A stretch of 64,000 nucleotides of DNA from Methanobacteriota archaeon (lineage in GTDB: Archaea; Thermoplasmatota; Poseidoniia; Poseidoniales; Thalassarchaeaceae), in assembly GCA_004195615.1 (NCBI GenBank), contig PSPW01000001.1:210881-274880 (forward strand). The letters are read 5' to 3'. The notes beneath the pieces are model-generated. The model was given only the letters and a program-made list of their open reading frames with translations, ran no database searches and was not told the origin of the DNA. Positions 10,609 through 19,906 of the stretch are shown one piece after another. Position 1 is the first letter of the stretch, and each line of letters begins with the position of its first letter. Position numbers and translations under genes: made by a program.

Positions 10609-11584
10609 CATGGACGTAATCGTTCTAGCAGGGGGGTTCGGGACTAGGCTCAGGCCATGGACCGAAAGCATTCCAAAACCGCTTCTCCCGATTTTGGATA
10701 AATCAATGATAGAGCACGTGGTAGAGGTTCTCCCGGAATCCCAGGTCGACAGGGTCCTAATTGCTGCTGGGTATGGTATCGAGAAGATACGAACTCACTT
10801 CGCTAACATCCCACTTCCCTATGAAGTGGAAATTATCGAAGAGACTGAGCCTCTTGGCACAGGCGGTGCTATTGCGAACTGCAGGGATCATCTCTCTGGT
10901 GGCACTTTCTGCGTAATTAATGGAGATCTAATCACTAGCCTGAGAGTCGAGGAGATGCTAGATTTCCACCGAAGCAACGGAGGGATTGGAACCATTTCGC
11001 TCTGGGAAGTAGAAGACCCATCACGTTTCGGTGTCGCTGACTACAGGCCAGAAACTGGCAAGATTATGAGATTTCAAGAGAAGCCTCCGATCGAGGAGGC
11101 TTTCTCCAACCTCATTAATGCTGGAACTTACATTTTAGAGCCGGAGATCTTCGAGTTAATGCCAATTGGTGCTCACAGCATCGAGAGGGACATCTACGAG
11201 GATCTAGCTGAAACGGGTGGTCTGAACGGATTCCCCTACGATGGTTGGTTCGTAGATGCGGGCACCCCTCGTTCCTTCGTTGAGGCAACTAAGGTTTGCA
11301 TCTCCGAAGGTAGGTTCTCCAGTGGTACGGCGAGGGGGAGCTCGTGGTTCGGGGAAGGCTCGAAGAACTTAGGTTCAGTAACTGGAAGTTCGGTGGGCTC
11401 TTTGGCCACCGTAGGAGATGAGTCCTCTATCTCTGACTCGGTTATCCTCGATGGCGCGGAAGTAGGTGCGGGAAGCAAACTGGATGGGTGCCTTATTGGC
11501 ATGGGAGCAAGGATACCAGAGGGCACAGTAATGACTGGCGAGATTGTCGGTCACGATCCCACTAGGATGATTGCTAATGACTGA
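10609..11584 (+). CDS. Sugar-phosphate nucleotidyltransferase (glucose/mannose-1-phosphate NTP-transferase) with C-terminal left-handed beta-helix
   Basis: MDVIVLAGGFGTRLRPWT…KPL signature of NDP-sugar pyrophosphorylases, plus C-terminal hexapeptide-like repeats. The ORF-track start at 10499 is probably over-extended; MDVIV at ~10609 is the likely start. Confidence 0.8.
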
Positions 11585-14363
11585 AGAATTCGGCGGTATC
11601 AGGTTCTCTGGAACTCTGAGGCCATCCCAAGTCGCTTCATCAAGCGTCATCAAACAGGACCTCTCAGAAGGTTCCAAGGAGCTGCTAATCGTCGCTCCTC
11701 CTGGATCTGGTAAGACTATCCTAGGACTATACGTTTGGTCCGACCTAGTCAGGATGCCAACACTAGTACTAAGCCCGAACTCGGCCATTCAGGCACAATG
11801 GATCGAGAGGGCCAAGGATCTCTTCCACCTAGATGGAAGGGAATCTGAGATTGGGACCGATCCCAAGAATCCGGGAATTCTGACATCACTAACCTACCAG
11901 TCGATTACGCTTCCCAAGAGAGGCGGGGATAACCTAGACGAGTCCGCGCTGGAGATGTGGATTTCCAAACTGATGATGCCCTCTGGTGACGGAATCGTAG
12001 AGGCAGAGGATAGAGAGAGTGCCATGGCATGGATCAATGATCTGGAAGAGAAGAACCCGAAACATTACGCAGATAGAATGGGGAACTATCGGAAGAAGGT
12101 CAGAGACTCACTAGCCGATCACGGTAATGCGTTATGGGTCCTCCATGAATCGGCCAGAGAAAACCTGATGAAGCTCGCTGATGTAGGAATCGGACTGATT
12201 ATTCTCGACGAGTGCCATCACCTAATGGATCACTGGGGCAAGGTTCTGATCGAGGCCAGGGAGTTCCTCGGAAATCCGATTATCCTCGGCCTTACTGCAA
12301 CCCCTCCCGAAGAAGGAAATGCCCCATCAATAGGGAGATATCTCGAACTCTTCGGAGATGTGGACTACGAAGTCCCCGTACCCGCCCTGGTTAGGGACGG
12401 CAACCTGTCGCCATACCAGGATCTGGCTTACTTCGTCCGTCCATCCTCTGATGAGTTGAGCTACATTGCGAATGTGGATCAAGACTTCGAATCATTGGTC
12501 AAATCCCTCAGAAAGGGACCTGATGATGTTAGTGGCAGGGTCCCTCGTCTTGAGATCTGGCTGGCGAGGGTTCTGGACGAGCTGTCACTGCCGGGCCGTA
12601 AGGCCAAGGACTGGAATTCATTCAGGCGAAGCGACCCGTCTCTGGCGGATGCGGCTAGGGGATACCTGACATCTGGGGGTCTGAGCCTACCAGATGGGGT
12701 CCCAATTCCATCTCCAGAGTTGGTCGCTGCGGGGAACAGCATGGACACGCTAATCACGCTACTCGATCGATACATCAGGAACGGCCTGATGAGGTCGGAG
12801 AGCAAAGAGGACCATGCTCTTGCTGAGGATGCGAAGAAGAAGCTCAGGATGCTCGGAATCCAGATCACCAAAGGAGGAGCTAGAGCCTGTGCCTCACCGG
12901 TTGGGAGAGTAATGGCATATGGTTCCGCGAAGTACGATGCGCTCCGAGACATCCTGCAATCGGAGATGCAGGCGCTGGGACCCGAAATCAGGGCAGTGAT
13001 AGTCACCGACTTCGAGAAGACGTCGGCCACGGCACTTGTCGAAGGGGTCCTGGACAAAGAGGCGGGCGGCGCGGTCGCAGCATACAGGGCGGTCCTCGGG
13101 AGCGAGGCCACTGACAGACTGGATCCCGTGCTAATGACGGGGACGACGGTGCTAGTCGACGACGACCTGTTGGAGAGGATCTTCCCTAGATTCGAGCAAT
13201 GGGTGGAATCAAGGGGCCTGGATATCAAATTCGACTATGTCGAGAATGAGGGTTACTTCGAGATCAGGGGCAAGGGCAAGGACTGGTTGCCTCGCTACTA
13301 CACGATGATGATCACGGAGATGTTCCAGGAAGGAGTGACGAAATGCCTCGTGGGAACAAGGGGGCTACTGGGGGAGGGATGGGATGCCAGCAGGATCAAC
13401 GTTCTCGTTGACCTGACCACAGTCACGACCAGCATGAGCATCAACCAACTCAGAGGGAGGTCTTTCAGGCTGGACAAGCATTGGCCGGAGAAGGTCGCAA
13501 ACAACTGGGACATCGTATGCCTGGCTGACGAATTCAAGAAGGGTTTCGACGACTACCTGCGATTCAAGAGGAAGCACAAGCAGCTCTACGGGGTCTGCGA
13601 TGATGGTGCGATAGAGAAGGGGGTCGGCCACGTCCACGCCGCCTTCACCGAGGCTCGTCCGGAGGGAGTCTCCGAGGCGATGGACGTTTTCAACGAGGAG
13701 ATGCTGATGAGATCCAGGAATCGAGGGCGTACCCGAGACCTATGGGGCATCGGCGAGGCCTTCAGCGCGGTTCCCAGGGAAGCAATAGAGATCAAAGGAA
13801 GTGGGCTTGGAGGAGGTTTTCCCCCGACAAATAGGATCGGGATGGCCCAATGGTCCGATGAGTCGCTTGTCCTAGCAATTGCGGACGCGGTCGCCTCCTC
13901 GCTGCAGGCCCTAGGACACATCGGGTTCGACGTCAAGGTTGGAGGTGGCAGCAGAGGCGGAGGCTGGATGAGGACCTACCTGGAGGAGGCATCGAAAGAA
14001 GAGTCGGCCATCTTCGCAGAGGCCATGGAGGAGGTCCTCGGACCTCTGGAAAATCCGAGGTACGTCATTCAGAGGGAGGTCAAGGTGGTGAGCGAGACGT
14101 GGCTAAGCGACTTGCTCCCAGAGGTTGTTGGCAAGTACTTCAGGAGGAGGAAGAACGTCCTTTCGATGTTCCATGCAGTCCCCAAGAATCTCTGTCGCAA
14201 CCTGGAGGATGCGAAGGTCTTCGAGCGGCAGTGGAACTGGAAGGTGAGTCCCGGCGAGGTTCAGTACGGACACAGCAGGAGCGGAAAGGAGATGGTTAGC
14301 GAGATCAAGCGAGCGGGGCTTTCTCCCATATCCTCGACCCACAAGAAGAGCGTTTTCCTCTGA
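11571..14363 (+). CDS. Superfamily-2 ResIII/DEAD-like (DECH-box) helicase, 930 aa, with large internal insertion and uncharacterised C-terminal domain
   Basis: LRPSQ (LRPYQ-like Q-motif), Walker A APPGSGKT, motif II ILDECHH, motif III LTATP, motif VI QLRGRSFR. Its start overlaps the upstream nucleotidyltransferase by 14 nt. Confidence 0.7.
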   Translation: MLMTEEFGGIRFSGTLRPSQVASSSVIKQDLSEGSKELLIVAPPGSGKTILGLYVWSDLVRMPTLVLSPNSAIQAQWIERAKDLFHLDGRESEIGTDPKNPGILTSLTYQSITLPKRGGDNLDESALEMWISKLMMPSGDGIVEAEDRESAMAWINDLEEKNPKHYADRMGNYRKKVRDSLADHGNALWVLHESARENLMKLADVGIGLIILDECHHLMDHWGKVLIEAREFLGNPIILGLTATPPEEGNAPSIGRYLELFGDVDYEVPVPALVRDGNLSPYQDLAYFVRPSSDELSYIANVDQDFESLVKSLRKGPDDVSGRVPRLEIWLARVLDELSLPGRKAKDWNSFRRSDPSLADAARGYLTSGGLSLPDGVPIPSPELVAAGNSMDTLITLLDRYIRNGLMRSESKEDHALAEDAKKKLRMLGIQITKGGARACASPVGRVMAYGSAKYDALRDILQSEMQALGPEIRAVIVTDFEKTSATALVEGVLDKEAGGAVAAYRAVLGSEATDRLDPVLMTGTTVLVDDDLLERIFPRFEQWVESRGLDIKFDYVENEGYFEIRGKGKDWLPRYYTMMITEMFQEGVTKCLVGTRGLLGEGWDASRINVLVDLTTVTTSMSINQLRGRSFRLDKHWPEKVANNWDIVCLADEFKKGFDDYLRFKRKHKQLYGVCDDGAIEKGVGHVHAAFTEARPEGVSEAMDVFNEEMLMRSRNRGRTRDLWGIGEAFSAVPREAIEIKGSGLGGGFPPTNRIGMAQWSDESLVLAIADAVASSLQALGHIGFDVKVGGGSRGGGWMRTYLEEASKEESAIFAEAMEEVLGPLENPRYVIQREVKVVSETWLSDLLPEVVGKYFRRRKNVLSMFHAVPKNLCRNLEDAKVFERQWNWKVSPGEVQYGHSRSGKEMVSEIKRAGLSPISSTHKKSVFL

Positions 14364-15149
14364 TCACTTCGAGCAATCGTTGCACTCGATGTTTGCTCCA
14401 GCGTGCTCGCTGCAGAACCTCCTGCGGCAAGTGAAGCACCGGAAGTCGAAGGCGGATACTGGATTAGAGCACTGTGGGTCCCCACATGAATCCCCAGAAG
14501 AGTCTGTTTTCTGGGTTGATTTTTCTGTTCCTTCTTCGTAACCCTCCTCCCACCAGTCATCACCGATCTCCTTCGAGTAGTCCGAAGTGCCTCTCGGAGA
14601 ACTGTCCTCCTCTTCTGAATCAGTAGCTTTCCCCCCAAAACCAAGAATATCGATGACATAGGGGCTGGAGAAGAAATTCTTCGCATCGGAGTCTATTCGT
14701 TCAGACTCCTTTATCTTCTCGAACCTAGATATCCCTTCCTCAATTGACGTGATAGGGGGTTCGTCCATGGAACCCTGGAATCCCATGTAGGCGATCAATG
14801 AGTTATATCCATCGATTCGACTAGGGGAGATTCCGAAAATTTTTGATATCTTCATGGTTTCACTACTACGAGCCTTGGCATAGGAAGCAGATCCTGTGGT
14901 GTCACCGGAACTAGAAACCATGAACCAGAAGAATATGAAAAGGGCAATTACTGAGAGAGCCTGCACTTCCGGCCCCCCCTCGCCACTGAGTCCCCATAGT
15001 ATGGCTCCGCAGCACCAAAATGCAGCGTCGAGTTCTGACATGCTAACCACTAGTAGATTGGCCTCGGCGCTGTCCCGGCGCCGAGGCCGGTGAAGTAAGG
15101 TAATCGACAGGCGTAGCCTAAGAGTCATTGCCCCTGGGGGCTCCTTCAC
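14364..15149 (-). CDS. Membrane-associated protein with C-terminal AN1-like zinc finger
   Basis: C-terminal CGDPQCSNPVSAFDFRCFTCRRRFCSEHAGANIECNDC (C-x4-C-x10-C-x2-C-x4-C-x2-H…C). Hydrophobic segment ALSVIALFIFFWFMV. Acidic middle region. The N-terminal start is uncertain. Confidence 0.45.
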   Translation of the reverse strand: MKEPPGAMTLRLRLSITLLHRPRRRDSAEANLLVVSMSELDAAFWCCGAILWGLSGEGGPEVQALSVIALFIFFWFMVSSSGDTTGSASYAKARSSETMKISKIFGISPSRIDGYNSLIAYMGFQGSMDEPPITSIEEGISRFEKIKESERIDSDAKNFFSSPYVIDILGFGGKATDSEEEDSSPRGTSDYSKEIGDDWWEEGYEEGTEKSTQKTDSSGDSCGDPQCSNPVSAFDFRCFTCRRRFCSEHAGANIECNDCSK

Positions 15150-15186
15150 TGGGACATGTCTCCAGTATGGCAGGGAGGAAATAAAC

Positions 15187-16500
15187 TCAGCGCCGGATTG
15201 CTGCCCTGATGGAGGGTTCTTTGGCCCCTGAGACTTCTCCCATCAATGGCCTGATTGGCAACCCAACTCGCTTGCAGAGCTCTAAGTGTGGTGCCGACCA
15301 AGGGTGGGAGCAGCGTTTGCTGGCCTCGTACCCGAGTACCGTGATTGGCTCGAGTTCGCTCTGCCAATCCCCGTTCTGAATCCTGCCGGAGATTCTGACC
15401 CATGAATGGTCGAACCTCCTAGTCTCGTGTTCGAACTTCCTCAATCCTGCCTTCCTCAACCTACTCAGCAGGAAGTCCCTGGGGATGGCTCGGGGGACTA
15501 TGGCTAGGACCTCGTTGCCATCGAACATGTAGGCGACAGGCCCCAGATCCATAGAGTCGAACACCTCTTGCGCCTTATCGACCGCCTCTCTGGGCTCGCC
15601 CCATCTCTCCGGGAGCCATGCAATCACAGCAGATCTGTCTCTGGTTCCCTTGACATGGCTGCTGACCTCCAGGCTGAGGTACTCTTCCCCTTCTTCCTCC
15701 CTCGTCTCGAGAACGACCCTTGGACGCATCCTAAGCCTGAAACTGGGGAGTTTTATCGGTGGCCTCTTGGGGATTCTTACAGCCGAATAATGCCTGGGGA
15801 TTTCACCTATCCAATCCTTCACTGGATTCTCTATCAGACCGTCTTCCAAGATGGTGCAAGACAATCCGGTGGAGCCGTGTAGTGTTCCGGGTAGCCTGAT
15901 TATTCTGCGAGTGTCGGGAGTCACGACTGGATCCACCGGATGGCCAGCCTCGAGTGCCTGATCCAGTAGCGTCCTCCTCTGCTCCCTTACCATCTCCTCC
16001 CTCCTGACCGGATCTGGCTCGGAGAAGGGAGACCTGTCGGAATCTCGCGCGATTAGGTGGAATCCCTTGCCCCCCGAGAATGAGATATGCTGAAGTTCGA
16101 GGTCAGTAGCCTCAGAAATCCAATCTCTCAGCCTCATCGCAGCTACTCTTGCCTCCTCAAGCCTTCTGATGCAGAATGGCCGCATGTCTATGTCGAATAC
16201 GACCATGTGATCCAGGAGAATCGGAGGTGGTTTTTTGCCATCCTTGAGTCGAGGCAGGTTGACAGGATCGAGCCATGATGAGGTCGAAACGAAGACGTCT
16301 CTGGGCATTGAACCCTTGAAGTCCTTCACGAGCGACTGACCGGACGAAATCCTCCTCCTAGATGTGACCCAAGGTCCCTTTATCGTCCTCCATCGGAACT
16401 GGTGCCTGGTTGGCTTATCCAACCACGAAAGATCGATCCCCGATCCATCTGAGTAGTGCTCAGAAAGGCTACTCTGCGTCCATTCTGGAGACTCTGCCAT
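15187..16500 (-). CDS. priS: Archaeo-eukaryotic DNA primase small (catalytic) subunit, with C-terminal extension
   Basis: MVVFDIDMRPF closely resembles the eukaryotic PRIM1 catalytic motif LVFDIDMTDY. FSGGKGFHL matches the SGxxGxH motif. Length 437 aa. Confidence 0.65.
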   Translation of the reverse strand: MAESPEWTQSSLSEHYSDGSGIDLSWLDKPTRHQFRWRTIKGPWVTSRRRISSGQSLVKDFKGSMPRDVFVSTSSWLDPVNLPRLKDGKKPPPILLDHMVVFDIDMRPFCIRRLEEARVAAMRLRDWISEATDLELQHISFSGGKGFHLIARDSDRSPFSEPDPVRREEMVREQRRTLLDQALEAGHPVDPVVTPDTRRIIRLPGTLHGSTGLSCTILEDGLIENPVKDWIGEIPRHYSAVRIPKRPPIKLPSFRLRMRPRVVLETREEEGEEYLSLEVSSHVKGTRDRSAVIAWLPERWGEPREAVDKAQEVFDSMDLGPVAYMFDGNEVLAIVPRAIPRDFLLSRLRKAGLRKFEHETRRFDHSWVRISGRIQNGDWQSELEPITVLGYEASKRCSHPWSAPHLELCKRVGLPIRPLMGEVSGAKEPSIRAAIRR

Positions 16501-16573
16501 AGACCAAAGAACTGGTCCTAGGTATTGGACTAATCCCCAACACGGTCAAAGAGGCCGGACGACTCGCGATACT

Positions 16574-17236
16574 GTGAGCGATCCCCTTGTAGTTGTGAAC
16601 TTCAAGACATATCAGACTGCTCATGGTGCTTCGGCTGAGGATCTGGCGCGGGCTATGGTCAGCATAGAAACGGATGCCAGGATGATTGCCGCTGTCTCGG
16701 CGTTTGACTTGTCAGCAGTAGTGACCGCGGCTCCCAGTCTGGAGGTTTGGTGCCAGCACCTAGACCCAGTGGGATTCGGCTCAAACACAGGATGGTTACA
16801 TCCGGCGACCGCAATAGAGAGGGGTGCTTCGGGCACCCTAATCAACCATGCAGAGCACAAGGTCAGTCTGGAGCACGTGGCGATGCTGCTCGAGCAGGTT
16901 CCCGACGGCTTCGATGTCTGCGCCTGTGCCGCAGATATCGAGGAGGCGAGGGCTCTCGCTGCTTTGGAGCCGGGATTCGTAGCCGTCGAGCCGCCCGAAT
17001 TGATTGGCGGTGACGTCTCAGTGACGAGCGCTGATCCGGAGATCGTCAGTGGGACTGCGCAGGCAGTCAGGGACGTGTCAGAAGTGGTTGGCATTCTTTG
17101 CGGTGCCGGTGTGAAGAGTGGCTCGGACGTGTCCAAGGCAATTGATCTAGGCACCTCAGGGGTACTTCTGGCTAGTGGGGTGACCAAATCCGATGACCCG
17201 ACTTCGTCTCTGAAGGATCTGGTCAGCCTACTCTGA
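16574..17236 (+). CDS. tpiA: Triosephosphate isomerase (archaeal short type)
   Basis: Length 220 aa. N-terminus VVVNFKTYQ. Collinear with archaeal TIM. Confidence 0.85.
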   Translation: MSDPLVVVNFKTYQTAHGASAEDLARAMVSIETDARMIAAVSAFDLSAVVTAAPSLEVWCQHLDPVGFGSNTGWLHPATAIERGASGTLINHAEHKVSLEHVAMLLEQVPDGFDVCACAADIEEARALAALEPGFVAVEPPELIGGDVSVTSADPEIVSGTAQAVRDVSEVVGILCGAGVKSGSDVSKAIDLGTSGVLLASGVTKSDDPTSSLKDLVSLL

Positions 17237-17306
17237 GGGGAGTAGTTTCTGAATAAATTTTGACCAGAGGGCTTTTGTCACTGACGGGCATGGAGGCCTG
17301 ATTATA

Positions 17307-18125
17307 ATGGGCGACAAGGGAGATATGAACATCGAAAGGATTGGCAAGAAGAAGTACAGTGCGGAGCTATTCAGGCTCCAACTTGAGCTAATCAAACTAC
17401 AGGAATGGGTGAAGGCAAAGGGCCTCAAGGTCGTCGTGGTCTTTGAGGGTAGGGATGCAGCTGGGAAAGGCGGCGTAATCAAGAGGATTGCACAGTACCT
17501 CAACCCAAGAGTTGTGAGGGTGGCTGCTCTGCCAGCCCCAACGGAGCGTCAGAAGACCGAGTGGTACTTCCAGAGGTACGTCAACCACCTTCCTGCTGCT
17601 GGAGAGATAGTGATGTTCGACAGGAGCTGGTACAACAGGGCAGGAGTGGAGAGAGTCATGGGTTTCTGCGATGAAGACGGTTATGACGAATTCATGAGAT
17701 CCTGTCCGATGTTCGAGAGGATGCTGATGAGATCAGGGACGATTCTGATCAAGTACTGGTTCTCGGTATCCGATGACGAGCAGTTGAAGCGTTTCAAGGC
17801 GAGGTTGACCGAACCTCACAAGAGGTGGAAGCTCAGTCCGATGGATCTGGAGTCACTCACTCGATGGGAGGACTACTCCGAGGCGAAGGACGTTATGTTC
17901 GCTCACACGGACACCAAACAGGCGCCATGGTTCGTAGTTAACTCGGACATCAAGAGGCATGCACACCTGAATTGCATCAACCACCTACTCTCCGTAATCG
18001 AGTACGAGGACCTTACGCCTGAGCCCATTGAGCTCCCAGATAGGAAGAATGCAAGGGGATATGTCCGGCCGCCGATGACAGAGCAGACCTTCGTTCCGGA
18101 CCATCACGATACGCTAATGGATTGA
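17307..18125 (+). CDS. ppk2: Polyphosphate kinase 2 family protein
   Basis: Walker A VVFEGRDAAGKGG characteristic of PPK2. Length 272 aa. Confidence 0.8.
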   Translation: MGDKGDMNIERIGKKKYSAELFRLQLELIKLQEWVKAKGLKVVVVFEGRDAAGKGGVIKRIAQYLNPRVVRVAALPAPTERQKTEWYFQRYVNHLPAAGEIVMFDRSWYNRAGVERVMGFCDEDGYDEFMRSCPMFERMLMRSGTILIKYWFSVSDDEQLKRFKARLTEPHKRWKLSPMDLESLTRWEDYSEAKDVMFAHTDTKQAPWFVVNSDIKRHAHLNCINHLLSVIEYEDLTPEPIELPDRKNARGYVRPPMTEQTFVPDHHDTLMD

Positions 18126-18162
18126 GTCCTCAGAGATAAATTCGATATGCAGAGCTGGGACG

Positions 18163-19443
18163 ATGCAAAGAAAAATTAGTTCTCTTTTATTGTGTATTTT
18201 TCTCGTCACTTCGGGTTGCGTAGAGAAATCTCCTCCTGACTTGGACGGAGATGGGATTCAAGATTCCGAGGATTTTGACGTCGATGGTGATGGTTGGGAA
18301 AATTCTGTGGAGTTGGACTGCACTTCCGACCCCAATAATGGTGATGATATTCCAACGGACACTGATGAGGACGGGGTGTGCGACATTTTGGATGGGGATG
18401 ACGACGGGGATTCCTGGAGCGATGATGACGAGGGGACCTGTGGCACGGACCCAATAGACAGAGAGTCTTTTCCCGAAGATTTGGATGAGGACATGATCTG
18501 CGACAAGTGGGATGACGATGCCGACGGAGACGGTCTGCCTAACGAATGGGAGTTGGAGAGGGGTTTCAATCCGATGGACCCAGCGGATTTCATGAGTTGT
18601 CATGGGATCTCAGTGTTCTGCCTCAGGACCTATGATGACTTCACCTTCGCAGAGACCCACAATGCATACTCGACGGTGGAAGACCAGATTCTTGTTGGGG
18701 TGAATCACTACACTGGACTACAACGTCAGTGGAATGACGGAATCAGGGCATTCATGGTCGACTCACATCACAGGAACTACGAAAATACGTCTGCTGAGGA
18801 CGTCAGGTTTTGCCATAGTACCGGCCAGTTCTTCCATCCATGCAATTACGGTGAAGTGAATGCCTTCCAGTGGCTAAATCTCCTGAATTCACTGATGAAC
18901 AACTCCAGTGGCGACGTGGTAACACTTCTGATAGAAAACTACGTTCCAGCCTCTCACCTGCAGTTCCTATTCAACGAGACTGGAATGGCTGATCGTATTT
19001 ACACACATATTCTGGGTGAGGAATGGCCAAGCTTGGGGGACATGGTGCTTGATGGAAAGGACCTGGTTGTCTTCTGGGAACAATCGCAGAACGATGACTA
19101 CCCATGGCTGCACGACTTTGGGATGTTCGGTTGGACCACCAACTATGCTGAGGGTAGCAAGGAAGAGATGTCTTGCACGGTGCATCGTGGAGATGGATCA
19201 CAACCAGTTTGGCACCTGAATAACTGGCTGTCTAGCATTTATGGCCTCCCTGACCCTTTGTTGGCAAATGAGGTGAACGAATATGAGACTCTACTCAACA
19301 GATCCCTAGAGTGCTGGGAAGAGATGGACAACAGACCAACCTTCGTAGCCGTGGACTACTGGGAAGAAGGTGAGGTAACTAACGTGACAATCACTCTCAA
19401 CAAGATGTCGCACTGGTCGGAAGAGGTCCCAGCACATCCCTGA
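18163..19443 (+). CDS. Secreted lipoprotein with thrombospondin-type-3-like Ca2+-binding Asp-rich repeats and C-terminal PLC-like (PI-PLC X-domain-like) phosphodiesterase domain
   Basis: Signal peptide with lipobox (LVTSGC). Repeated DxDxDGxxD motifs (DLDGDGIQDSED, DVDGDGWEN, DTDEDGVCD, DGDDDGDSW, DDDADGDGLPN). Followed by ETHNAYS…GIRAFMVDSHH, resembling the PLCXD catalytic region. Confidence 0.5.
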   Translation: MQRKISSLLLCIFLVTSGCVEKSPPDLDGDGIQDSEDFDVDGDGWENSVELDCTSDPNNGDDIPTDTDEDGVCDILDGDDDGDSWSDDDEGTCGTDPIDRESFPEDLDEDMICDKWDDDADGDGLPNEWELERGFNPMDPADFMSCHGISVFCLRTYDDFTFAETHNAYSTVEDQILVGVNHYTGLQRQWNDGIRAFMVDSHHRNYENTSAEDVRFCHSTGQFFHPCNYGEVNAFQWLNLLNSLMNNSSGDVVTLLIENYVPASHLQFLFNETGMADRIYTHILGEEWPSLGDMVLDGKDLVVFWEQSQNDDYPWLHDFGMFGWTTNYAEGSKEEMSCTVHRGDGSQPVWHLNNWLSSIYGLPDPLLANEVNEYETLLNRSLECWEEMDNRPTFVAVDYWEEGEVTNVTITLNKMSHWSEEVPAHP

Positions 19444-19905
19444 CTACTGAATCTCCTTGGGTCGAATGACTTCCTGAACGGTCCATTTACCTCTCGATTC
19501 AACCAATAGAACTGCAGTCGCGGTTGACATCGTATGCCACTCTCCAGAAAGATGGTTGACCAGAATCTCCGAGCCAGGATTGTGGCCGAGAATCATTGTC
19601 GTTCCTTCTTGGACCATATCCTCTAACTCTAGCAACAAGTCATTCACGGTGGCATGATAAATCCCCGATTTGATTTGGGATGGTACTTGACCAAACCTGT
19701 AAGACATCCCCGAAAGAGTCTGAATTGTTCTTTTCGAACTGCTGACCAGTATCAGATCGGGAGACCAACCTCTGTCATGGATGGCATCGGCTATTCGGGG
19801 GGCGTCTCTAATCCCCCTCTTGTTCAAAGGGCGATCGTGGTCATCGAGGCCAGACTCTTCCCAGCTACTCTTGGCATGACGCATTACAATGAGTCTTCGA
19901 GGCAC
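19444..19905 (-). CDS. Histidine phosphatase superfamily protein (SixA-like phosphohistidine phosphatase)
   Basis: LIVMRHAKS (RHG-type motif) and ILGHNPG. Length 153 aa. Confidence 0.7.
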   Translation of the reverse strand: MPRRLIVMRHAKSSWEESGLDDHDRPLNKRGIRDAPRIADAIHDRGWSPDLILVSSSKRTIQTLSGMSYRFGQVPSQIKSGIYHATVNDLLLELEDMVQEGTTMILGHNPGSEILVNHLSGEWHTMSTATAVLLVESRGKWTVQEVIRPKEIQ

Positions 19906-19906
19906 T

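Noticed and set aside
12479-13228. 249-aa antisense ORF inside the helicase gene, plus similar long antisense ORFs (e.g. 16621–17187 inside tpiA, 50430–50858, 9417–9953 inside sucC)
   Set aside because: GC-rich coding regions routinely produce long stop-free antisense frames. Their translations are Ser/Pro/Arg/Ala-rich low-complexity sequences with no motifs, whereas the sense strands carry strong family signatures.
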